From Nitrosopumilus sp. (lineage in GTDB: Archaea; Thermoproteota; Nitrososphaeria; Nitrososphaerales; Nitrosopumilaceae): a stretch of DNA of 32,000 bases. Position 1 is the first letter of the stretch; each line of letters starts with the position of its first letter. The position numbers and the translations under genes were made by a program. Of this stretch, positions 15,098 to 22,282 are shown piece by piece. The stretch lies in the NCBI RefSeq assembly GCF_040878665.1, contig NZ_JBBDLU010000002.1, positions 100,565 through 132,564 on the forward strand, written 5' to 3'. Under the pieces are notes generated by a model, which saw nothing but the letters and a program-made list of their open reading frames with translations, was not told the DNA's origin and made no database searches.

Positions 15098-16912
15098 CTA
15101 ACTTAGTTTAGGAACAAAAATGTATACTAGTGCAATAACTTCTAACCTTCCAAATATCGCCAAAAATGACAAAATTATTTTAGTAGCAGGATCTGTATCT
15201 ATATCAATCACTCCGGCCGATAATCCTCCTGTTGTAATTACTCCCACTGCTTCAAAAAATGCTATTTGATATGACACTTCTTCTGCATATGCAAGATGCA
15301 CTCCTGTTATTGCAGCAATAATGGGTAACAAAGCAATAATGATAAGAGTTGCAGTGAGATCTTTTTTTGCAGTACTTGATAATCCCTTTCTTCTTGCTTT
15401 GCTAAAAAATGCTTTACAGTCTTTCAAATGCATGATTCTGAATATTTTCAAGCCACCTGCAGTTGAAAATCCACATCCTCCAATCAACATCAGAATTATC
15501 AAAACAGAATGAGCTCCTCCATTTAGTCCTGCAAGACTTTCCATTTGAAGTCCTGCGGTGGTACTTGCTGACACTGAGTAAAATGCACTTTGTAACGGTT
15601 CTAGTCCGCTGATTGTAATGAATAAAATTGTTGCGCTACCTAATACAGCAAAATAAATTAAAACTTCTTTTCCAAGTTTTGGGGATAGGAATTTTTTTCT
15701 TACAAATGCATAATGGAATGTAAATGGTAATGCACCTAATATCATTGCTCCCATCAAAACCAATTCTTCTTGCCACAACAAATCATCTAAAATAGTTGAT
15801 GTAGGCACAAATCCCCCTGTCGCAAGTGTACTCATTGCTAATGAAAAATTATCTAGAATATTTCTTTCACCAAATAAATACAATAACACTGCAACAATGA
15901 CAATATACACTGTAAAAATTATTGTAATTGTGGAGAAAAGCTCTTTCATATGAAGAGTTTTTCCAGAAATAAAGCTACGCATTGATCGTAATTTTGATTC
16001 TGGATAAAACGCTGTAATTACCAAATAGATAAAACTCATTCCTCCTACAAGCTGTGTATAACTACGATAAAATGTGAAACTTTGAGAAAGTTTTTCTGGT
16101 TCGTCATAAAGTGATATTCCGCTGGTTGTAAATCCTGCAGCACTTGAGAAAAACGAATTGGCAAACATTTCTATTCCTGTAGAGTCATTTGGTTGAACAT
16201 ACAGATAAGGAACAGTTCCAAACAATGTTAGTAAGAATAGACTTGAAAATACTAGTATTGACGCCTGTTGAAGGTTGAGAGCCGCTTTTTCACCATAAGA
16301 ATTTAGAAAAAATCCTGTTACAAGTAAAAGAACCGTGGTGAGATAAATTCCTGTGGCCGTAGTGGTGTCTTCTAAAATTGTCGCAACGATTGCTGGTACT
16401 AATAACAAAACTCCTGCAAACTGTAATACAAATCCTAAATTTCCTAATATTGCTTTTATTGGAGGGCTTAAATGACGTGGATTGGTTGCAGTTGCATCTC
16501 GTATTGCCGTTGCAATTGTTGTTTGAAAGATCATTCCAATCACCACGTTTTTCTTTGATACTACTGGAAGTTTTCTAATATGAGAATCTCTCATTTTGTG
16601 TAATGCATCTTGTAGTGTTGCTTTTTCATGAATTGTGATTAATGGGGTACTCATAATGTCTTTTAATACTGTATTTTCAGCAAATACTGTAGCATCACTA
16701 ACTTTACTTAGAATGTCATCATCTGTTACAATTCCTACTGGGTTATTATTTTCATCAGTCACAATTATGTCATCTGTTTCATAATGTTGTAACATCCTTG
16801 TAGCTTCTCGTGTGTGTGTATTTTGATTTAAAGTTAGAAAATCATTATGCATGTATATTGAGACTAATTTGTTAAGTACATACGATACGGCTTGTTCTGG
16901 ATTTGTTGACAT
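15098..16912 (-). CDS. CBS-pair domain fused to a TrkH/KtrB-type K+ transporter membrane domain
   Basis: The N-terminal ~140 aa hold two CBS-like repeats (DDIIVTDENNNPVGIVTDDDIL; IRKLPVVSKKNVVIGMIF). The membrane part has four pore-loop Gly motifs in TrkH order (FTTSGIS, LATGGFV, STTAGLQ, ITTGGLS). The track start is GTG 16924. I prefer ATG 16912 because a TATA-like box sits ~26 nt upstream of it. Confidence 0.8.
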   Translation of the reverse strand: MSTNPEQAVSYVLNKLVSIYMHNDFLTLNQNTHTREATRMLQHYETDDIIVTDENNNPVGIVTDDDILSKVSDATVFAENTVLKDIMSTPLITIHEKATLQDALHKMRDSHIRKLPVVSKKNVVIGMIFQTTIATAIRDATATNPRHLSPPIKAILGNLGFVLQFAGVLLLVPAIVATILEDTTTATGIYLTTVLLLVTGFFLNSYGEKAALNLQQASILVFSSLFLLTLFGTVPYLYVQPNDSTGIEMFANSFFSSAAGFTTSGISLYDEPEKLSQSFTFYRSYTQLVGGMSFIYLVITAFYPESKLRSMRSFISGKTLHMKELFSTITIIFTVYIVIVAVLLYLFGERNILDNFSLAMSTLATGGFVPTSTILDDLLWQEELVLMGAMILGALPFTFHYAFVRKKFLSPKLGKEVLIYFAVLGSATILFITISGLEPLQSAFYSVSASTTAGLQMESLAGLNGGAHSVLIILMLIGGCGFSTAGGLKIFRIMHLKDCKAFFSKARRKGLSSTAKKDLTATLIIIALLPIIAAITGVHLAYAEEVSYQIAFFEAVGVITTGGLSAGVIDIDTDPATKIILSFLAIFGRLEVIALVYIFVPKLS

Positions 16913-16932
16913 TATGCTAAACACCGTTGGGG

Positions 16933-16946
16933 ATTTTAAATAATTT
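16933..16946 (-). promoter_or_regulatory. TATA-like element (minus strand AAATTATTTAAAAT) for the CBS::TrkH gene
   Basis: It is centred ~26-28 nt upstream of ATG 16912 on the minus strand. Confidence 0.3.
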
Positions 16947-17025
16947 GGGGTCAGGTATTACTGCGTGATCGTTTCAAAATGATTCTCTTTTTTCAACATG
17001 ATCTTGTTTGCTATCTTTATAAACA

Positions 17026-17033
17026 CTGAATGA
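17026..17033 (+). promoter_or_regulatory. TATA box TTTATAAA centred ~24-26 nt upstream of ATG 17053
   Basis: Consensus-like octamer. The spacing fits a leaderless transcript. Confidence 0.4.
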
Positions 17034-17052
17034 CTAGTTTATTCGTAATACG

Positions 17053-17478
17053 ATGGAAATTGATCAAGCACAAGAGCCTGATTATGACTCTGTAAAAATT
17101 GATTATGTTGGATTCGTTGACCCTTATGCTGTAGAGGGAATGGTTGTTCTAAAGGCTGACAATGGCAAAGAATTCCACATGCGTGCATTTTCTGGTGAAG
17201 TTGCAAAACATATCTCCAGTTTTGGTGATCGTGACGGTGAGGCGGCCCCATCTATTTACAAGATGATTGAAGAAATTTGTGAACAAAATGAACTAGTTCT
17301 GGTTAAAGTAAAAATCTACGAAAGTGGTCAAGTACTGCGAGCAAACTTGTATTTTACTGGTAAAAAAGACCTTGTATTAAGAAATTACAGGGCATCTGAT
17401 GCTATGGCTCTAGGTGCATTTTATAATATTCCCATTTTGGTTAGAAAAAATCTATTAAAAGAAAGTATGGAAGCATAG
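17053..17478 (+). CDS. Bifunctional nuclease family protein (DUF151/BFN domain)
   Basis: 141 aa. The pattern VVLKADNGKEFHMRAFSGEVAKHI...LVLVKVKIYESGQVLRANLYF...RASDAMALGAFYNIPILVRKNLL matches the DUF151 layout, including the R-x-SDA-hAL-A...PI-h-V segment. Confidence 0.75.
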   Translation: MEIDQAQEPDYDSVKIDYVGFVDPYAVEGMVVLKADNGKEFHMRAFSGEVAKHISSFGDRDGEAAPSIYKMIEEICEQNELVLVKVKIYESGQVLRANLYFTGKKDLVLRNYRASDAMALGAFYNIPILVRKNLLKESMEA

Positions 17479-17538
17479 AATTACAACATATGTGATTTGA
17501 TTAGAATGGTTTTTCTTCTAGTGTGATAGAAGATTTTT

Positions 17539-17757
17539 GTGAATGAACAAGAACAATTGATGGATAATTTACTAAATGTGGATCTTGAAATTATCGATGT
17601 CGTAAGAGAATTACAACAAGAAAATTGGGGCTCTGAATCTATGAAACAACAAATTGGTGATTTACTTAAAATTCGTGATGAAATGGTACAACAACTAATG
17701 TCTCTAAAAGATGATGATCATGAATGTGGTTGTGGTCATGACCATTCACATGAATAA
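17539..17757 (+). CDS. Small acidic helical protein with a His/Cys-rich C-terminal tail (72 aa; alternative start ATG 17560)
   Basis: GTG ORF ending in DDDHECGCGHDHSHE, a tail of the kind seen in metal-binding or metallochaperone proteins. Confidence 0.5.
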   Translation: MNEQEQLMDNLLNVDLEIIDVVRELQQENWGSESMKQQIGDLLKIRDEMVQQLMSLKDDDHECGCGHDHSHE

Positions 17758-17952
17758 CTAATCAAATTCATCCAAAAAACTCTCTGGAAACATTTCTTTA
17801 ATTTTATTCATTTCTAATTTGTATTTCTTGACTTTTGTTTCTATTTCGTTTGTTTCATACCGTTCTATGTTTTTCTTTATTTTTTTAATCTGTTCTGATA
17901 GGGTTTTATACATAATCAAATATTCTGGAAATTTTTCAGGTAGTTTTTTCAT
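17758..17952 (-). CDS. Small helical protein (64 aa), paralogue of 12514-12747
   Basis: ATG ORF with the C-terminal KIKEMFPESF motif shared with RIRDMFPDTK in the 77-aa ORF. Its stop abuts the stop of the convergent 17539-17757 ORF. Confidence 0.5.
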   Translation of the reverse strand: MKKLPEKFPEYLIMYKTLSEQIKKIKKNIERYETNEIETKVKKYKLEMNKIKEMFPESFLDEFD

Positions 17953-17988
17953 TATCTAAATTAAATGCCACTCTTACTAATATTCATC

Positions 17989-18378
17989 ATGAAAATTCTT
18001 ATATTTTTATTAGTGCTGATCCCTGGATTGGGATCAATATTTGCAGATCCTGTTACAACGCAAACATTTTCTGAAAATAAAATTCATTATGTTGATGAAC
18101 AAATTATGATTATGGCTGATATTTCAAACAATCAAGAAACACAGCAAAATTTTGCATATATTACACAAGTGAGAAATAATGACGATATTGTGATTTCGCT
18201 TTCTTGGTTAACTGGATCTTTGTCTCCAAGACAATCCTTTTCTCCTGCACAATCTTGGATTCCACATGAATCTGGAGTGTATCATATACAGGTATTTGTT
18301 TGGGAAAGCATCGATAATCCTAATGCGTTGTCCCCACCATTGTCTATGACTGTAAATGTAGTTGAAAGACACACCTAA
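17989..18378 (+). CDS. Secreted beta-rich protein (129 aa from ATG 17989; the track start is 17965)
   Basis: MKILIFLLVLIPGLGSIFA/DPV reads as a signal peptide. The mature part (ISLSWLTGSLSPRQSFSPAQSWIPHESGVYHIQVFVWESIDNPNALSPP) looks like an Ig/CARDB-like beta-sandwich. The fold call is inference. Confidence 0.6.
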   Translation: MKILIFLLVLIPGLGSIFADPVTTQTFSENKIHYVDEQIMIMADISNNQETQQNFAYITQVRNNDDIVISLSWLTGSLSPRQSFSPAQSWIPHESGVYHIQVFVWESIDNPNALSPPLSMTVNVVERHT

Positions 18379-18541
18379 TTTGACTTTAAAATTGCTTCAT
18401 AATTCGGCAAACTCATCATCTATCAGTTATAGCTTAGTTTGTTGGTTAATCATCAGCACTTTGTCTTTTAATTTCTAATGTATATTATTATTCAATATGG
18501 AAATCAGAACGTTTTTGATATGATTGTATCTATCTCATTCC

Positions 18542-18790
18542 ATGGTCAATTTTGAAAAAATCTACCAACAAGTAGCTTTGCAAGTAATTCAGAGGTGTCA
18601 TGGTGCAATTAAAATCACAAAACATGGAAAAATTATTGAAGTTTATGATACAAAACGTCATATTTGGAGTAATGGTTTGGCAGGACTGATTATTAAAGAA
18701 GAATGTCGTAATGCTAATCTGCGAGAATGGGAATTTGCCAATGTTCGCGGATATGTTATTAAGGAATTGCTTGGAAAATCAGAAAACTAG
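18542..18790 (+). CDS. Hypothetical protein (82 aa from ATG 18542; the track start is TTG 18524)
   Basis: ORF with ordinary globular composition. Its stop overlaps the stop of the convergent gene in the palindrome CTAG (18787-18790). Confidence 0.45.
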   Translation: MVNFEKIYQQVALQVIQRCHGAIKITKHGKIIEVYDTKRHIWSNGLAGLIIKEECRNANLREWEFANVRGYVIKELLGKSEN

Positions 18791-19047
18791 TATGCTACCT
18801 TTCTTATTAGATGTGGTTCTTTTAGCATAATTGTATCGTCTCTAATTGATGACAATTTTACTTGTTTGAGATTATAATTTGTTACAACTGTTAATGCCTC
18901 ACATCTTGAACACAAAATTGTTTTTCCTCCTGATCTTTCTTCTCTCACAACGTTTTTTTCTAATCTGTCTTGTTTTTGACATGTAGGACAAAGTATTGGT
19001 TCTTTAGTAATTGTGATAATTTCTTTAATGAAAATGGTCTTTCCCAT
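18787..19047 (-). CDS. Zinc-ribbon protein (86 aa)
   Basis: CPTC-x22-CSRC, a four-Cys arrangement typical of a zinc ribbon. Confidence 0.55.
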   Translation of the reverse strand: MGKTIFIKEIITITKEPILCPTCQKQDRLEKNVVREERSGGKTILCSRCEALTVVTNYNLKQVKLSSIRDDTIMLKEPHLIRKVAY

Positions 19048-19105
19048 ATGTGATTGATTAGAATAGATACTAAAGAATTGTACTGTTAATTGGTATCAGC
19101 AATCC

Positions 19106-19140
19106 ATTTTGAATGTCAAACCGTTTTAATCATTCAAAAT
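19106..19140. repeat. Perfect 10-bp inverted repeat ATTTTGAATG-N15-CATTCAAAAT, flanked by direct repeats ATTGGTAT(T)CAG
   Basis: Read directly from the sequence. It lies 59-93 nt upstream of the zinc-ribbon gene start, and the flanking copies are at 19089-19099 and 19148-19159. Confidence 0.55.
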
Positions 19141-19496
19141 TAGAATGATTGGTATTCAGTATATTCCCAATCTAACCAATTAACACTATTTGGAGTTTTT
19201 TCTTGAAAATATATTTTTGTAAATTAATTGGCTTTTAGCAAATTTACAATACTTGTATGATTAAACATTGAATTTTGTTTTTACATATTTTTAACCTAAC
19301 AAATCTCATTTTTTATTCACATTATTTTGAATCTTGATTGGTAGACTCAATTCAAGTATCTTTTACTGTACAATTGTCTGTATTTTGTTTAGTTTGTTAT
19401 TTTATGACTATAGTTCTGTTTAGTATTAATTAATATAAAATTTATATTTTTACTATATTTTTATTGAAATAAATTGCATTAAATCTTAAATACTAA

Positions 19497-19508
19497 TTTA
19501 TCTTATAG
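19497..19508 (+). promoter_or_regulatory. TATA-like element (TTTATCTTATAG) upstream of the GC-rich RNA candidate
   Basis: It lies ~28-35 nt upstream of GGCG at 19536 and is the only such element close to the island on the plus strand. Confidence 0.3.
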
Positions 19509-19535
19509 TAATTGATGTCGTTAGTTGTAAAATCT

Positions 19536-19641
19536 GGCGATTAGATTGCGCTGCCCCGCAGAACAAAAGAGGCAATCAAACGTTTAGACGCTTGACCACG
19601 AGAGGGAATCTCTCAGAGTTCTGCAGTTAGGGGTATGCGCC
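19536..19641 (+). ncRNA. Unclassified structured RNA candidate (~106 nt GC-rich island with a three-way-junction fold)
   Basis: This is the only GC-rich stretch in a ~630-nt ORF-free gap. Complementary segments are GCAGAAC (19558-19564) with GUUCUGC (19618-19624), CCCC (19554-19557) with GGGG (19630-19633), and GCGC/GGCG near the 5' end with GCGCC at the 3' end. Inner hairpins are UCAA.CG/CG.UUGA (19576-19595) and GAGAG/CUCUC (19600-19614). A T-rich tract follows. The strand is uncertain because the long stem is nearly palindromic. Confidence 0.45.
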
Positions 19642-19653
19642 TTATTTTCTTTT
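19642..19653 (+). terminator. T-rich tract (TTATTTTCTTTT) immediately 3' of the GC-rich RNA candidate
   Basis: An oligo-T run directly after the closing stem. This is the main argument for plus-strand orientation. Confidence 0.35.
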
Positions 19654-19675
19654 CAGATATTACATATGTCTAAAA

Positions 19676-20767
19676 TTATGTAACAATCTCGTCTAATCGC
19701 CCTTCTTCTTGGGCACGTTTAATTTCAATGGCAATTCTTCGACCTACCCCAAATGTTTTTCCGTATTGATATTTTGTATATGGGCTCGTTGTTGCAACAA
19801 TTGGATTTCCTGGAACTCTTAATGATACATCATACACCACTAATTCCAAATCTTTTGTAATCACACTTTGTAGTGAAAATGGTCCTATTATTCCTGGCGC
19901 ATATTCTTTTTTTACTGCAGATACAAATTTGTCTCCCATTTTGATTACCTTTTCAAGCAATGATTCTCGGATACTTGCTGGAGTGTGGCCTACCTCAATA
20001 TTTTGCAAATCTACGTCAATATCTAATTGTTGTTTTGCTGGGAGTGCATTATAATCATGAATGTTTGTTTGCAGTCTCCTTTCAATTCCAATAAAATCTA
20101 CTTGATCTGAAATTGGCGTATGAAAGAAATTAAAATTCATATATGTTCCAATCGCTAATTCTTCAATACTTGCTTTTTGAAGATCTTTTCTTGCAATAAC
20201 TCCCTGCTTAATTTTTTCTTCTGATTTGTCTACATAATCTTTGTATGATGAAACTGTAAAGAATGCTCTTTCAAGTGGTCTGTTTTTTTCTTGTACTTTG
20301 ACAATACATGGTTTGTTAATTTGTTTTGGATCTTTGAATAATTTTGGATATTTTATTCTGGCTTTTTCCAAAAGATAGTATTGTCCTTTTTTTGCAGTTC
20401 TTTCTTCTGCTTGGAATAATTTCCTGTTTCCAAAAATTGGCACTTTAAATGAATTTTCAATTGTTTTGTATCCAAGATACACTGTAAGTGATCTGTGAGG
20501 AACAATGATTGTACTAGAATCTCGTAACTCTTTTTGATGTTTGGCTGATGCCATATCTTTGAATTTGTCTAAAACTGTAATCTCATCCGCAATACGTCCA
20601 AATCTTTGGTATGGTCCCTCTCGTCCTTTTTGACAAAAGACTCTAGTTTGAAAATCTTCATCTTTTGCACCATCCATTATTTCTAGTGCTGAGTGACTAC
20701 CAAGAACGCCGATTTTCACATCTGAATAACCGTTGACTATTTTCTTAATCTCCGAACTTTTAATCAC
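19676..20767 (-). CDS. purP: 5-formaminoimidazole-4-carboxamide ribonucleotide (FAICAR) synthetase, archaeal ATP-grasp PurP
   Basis: 363 aa with PurP hallmarks throughout: IGVLGSHSALEIMDGAKDE, VPHRSLTVYLGY...ENSFKVPIFGNR, and IRESLLEKVIKMGDKFV...GIIGPFSLQ...LELVVYDVSLRV. Confidence 0.9.
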   Translation of the reverse strand: MIKSSEIKKIVNGYSDVKIGVLGSHSALEIMDGAKDEDFQTRVFCQKGREGPYQRFGRIADEITVLDKFKDMASAKHQKELRDSSTIIVPHRSLTVYLGYKTIENSFKVPIFGNRKLFQAEERTAKKGQYYLLEKARIKYPKLFKDPKQINKPCIVKVQEKNRPLERAFFTVSSYKDYVDKSEEKIKQGVIARKDLQKASIEELAIGTYMNFNFFHTPISDQVDFIGIERRLQTNIHDYNALPAKQQLDIDVDLQNIEVGHTPASIRESLLEKVIKMGDKFVSAVKKEYAPGIIGPFSLQSVITKDLELVVYDVSLRVPGNPIVATTSPYTKYQYGKTFGVGRRIAIEIKRAQEEGRLDEIVT

Positions 20768-20862
20768 ATTATGCCTAAATGTTGGGATCTAATATAGCTA
20801 ATTTTTGATTAATCAGATCGATTGATCAATAGACTTTTTTCAATTAGTGTTTGATACAAACC

Positions 20863-21006
20863 ATGCTGTATCACTTTGAACTTCAAATGCTTGGTGTGCT
20901 TATTCTTCCTGTTATGCTTGCTGCAGGTATTTTCATGTGGTTTAAGCGGAAAAAAACAACCCAAGAATTATCTAATACGGATAATACTGACTCTACAAAC
21001 ATCTAG
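20863..21006 (+). CDS. Possible single-pass membrane micro-protein (47 aa), below the ORF-track cutoff
   Basis: ATG ORF MLYHFELQMLGVLILPVMLAAGIFMWFKRKKTTQELSNTDNTDSTNI: one hydrophobic helix followed by a positive cluster. Confidence 0.35.
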   Translation: MLYHFELQMLGVLILPVMLAAGIFMWFKRKKTTQELSNTDNTDSTNI

Positions 21007-21064
21007 TGTTAATTTTCTCTTTCTATCTAATACATAAAATACTCTGACGTTTAATGATTAATCG

Positions 21065-21622
21065 TTGAAACTAGTAATTGGAATAACTGGTAGTACTGGC
21101 GCAATCTATGGAGTTAGAATGCTTGAGACACTAAAAAAACTAAACGTTGAAACTCATTTGATAATGTCTGAATGGGGCGAAAAATGTATTTCGATGGAAA
21201 CAGAGTATACTTCTGATTATGTAAAATCACTCGCAACACATACTTCTGATGAAAAAAATATGGCAGCAAGTGTTTCTAGTGGCACTCACAGAATTGATGG
21301 AATGGTTGTTGCTCCATGTAGCATGAAAACACTATCTGCAATCGCAAATGGTTATGATGATACTCTTGTATCCAGAGCTGCTAGTGTTACAATAAAGGAA
21401 TCTAGAAAGTTAGTATTGATGGTTCGAGAAACACCTTTGTCTGCAATTCATTTAGAAAACATGTTAAAACTGTCTAGAATTGGGGTTATAATTTTGCCTC
21501 CAGTAACTGAATTTTATACCAAACCAAAATCAATTGACGATATGGTTAATCATGGTGTTGGAAAATGTTTGGATCAATTTGACATAGAACACAATTTATA
21601 CCCTCGTTGGGGTACATTTTAG
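21065..21622 (+). CDS. ubiX: Flavin prenyltransferase UbiX (prenyl-FMN synthase)
   Basis: 185 aa with a TTG start. GITGSTGAIYGVRMLE, MVVAPCSMKTLSAIANGYDDTLVSRAASVTIKESRKLVLMVRETPL and PPVTEFYTKPKSIDDMVNHGVGKCLDQF align with the UbiX/Pad1 family along the whole length. Confidence 0.9.
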   Translation: MKLVIGITGSTGAIYGVRMLETLKKLNVETHLIMSEWGEKCISMETEYTSDYVKSLATHTSDEKNMAASVSSGTHRIDGMVVAPCSMKTLSAIANGYDDTLVSRAASVTIKESRKLVLMVRETPLSAIHLENMLKLSRIGVIILPPVTEFYTKPKSIDDMVNHGVGKCLDQFDIEHNLYPRWGTF

Positions 21623-21629
21623 ATTACTC

Positions 21630-22058
21630 TTGCCAAAGTTTTCTTTACAAAGAATAGTCAACGCAAAACGAGAGTTTGTATTTGAAGTTTTTTCTAATTT
21701 TGAAAACTATCAAAAATTATTTCCACAACATTTTCCATCTGTACGTGTACGTTCAATTCGTAACAATGTCTCAGTTGTAGAAGAATATCTGAACTTAGGT
21801 AGACAAGAATTATTAATTATGGCAAAACATGTCTCTGAGAATCCTGTGTCTCATGAGGTTTTTGTAATTGGTGGTGATATTAAAGGGAGTTATTTTAAAC
21901 AGCAATTCATTGAACTTGAAAACACTACAAAAATTATCGTTGACGTTGATTTAAAATTCAAAGGAAAATCATTGATTTCTAGTATGTTTAGAAAAAATGA
22001 CTATGAACAAGAGTATAGTAAGATTTTAGATGACTTTGTAAACATTATTGAAAATTAG
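21630..22058 (+). CDS. SRPBCC (START/polyketide-cyclase/CoxG-like) superfamily protein
   Basis: 142 aa with a TTG start 7 nt after ubiX. The N-terminus (RIVNAKREFVFEVFSNFENYQKLFPQ) and the overall length and strand pattern are typical of SRPBCC ligand-binding proteins. Confidence 0.6.
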   Translation: MPKFSLQRIVNAKREFVFEVFSNFENYQKLFPQHFPSVRVRSIRNNVSVVEEYLNLGRQELLIMAKHVSENPVSHEVFVIGGDIKGSYFKQQFIELENTTKIIVDVDLKFKGKSLISSMFRKNDYEQEYSKILDDFVNIIEN

Positions 22059-22258
22059 TCTGATTTAATTTTTTTATCCTTGTTTGACTCGTCAATTTCG
22101 CCTTTGAATTCTTTGAGTTCTTGTTCTCCTTCAATCTTTCCTTTCTCAAACTCTCCCTTTGCTTTTCCAAATGTCTTTGCAAGCTCTGGAATTTTCTTTG
22201 CACCAAAAATTAATACTCCTATGACAATTACTATGATGATGATCTCAGTTCCTTGCAT
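22055..22258 (-). CDS. tatA: Twin-arginine translocase subunit TatA/E
   Basis: 67 aa: one N-terminal TM helix, then FGAKKIPELAKTFGKAKGEFEKGK, the amphipathic-helix signature. Confidence 0.85.
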   Translation of the reverse strand: MQGTEIIIIVIVIGVLIFGAKKIPELAKTFGKAKGEFEKGKIEGEQELKEFKGEIDESNKDKKIKSD

Positions 22259-22282
22259 ACTGCCTATTCTTTGATTTGAGAT

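Noticed and set aside
19048-19535. The long AT-rich gap considered as a replication origin
   Set aside because: There is no orc1/cdc6 gene adjacent, and no multiple ORB-like repeats flank an unwinding element. The only repeats are one palindrome and a pair of short direct repeats.
19536-19641. The GC-rich island considered as a tRNA (possibly intron-containing), 5S rRNA, C/D-box or H/ACA sRNA
   Set aside because: Only 4 bp of terminal pairing is available for a 7-bp acceptor stem, and no GTTC(R)A T-loop or GG D-loop is present on either strand. There is no 5S loop signature, no RUGAUGA/CUGA box pair at the proper spacing, and no ACA box directly after the basal stem. It is kept only as an unclassified ncRNA candidate.
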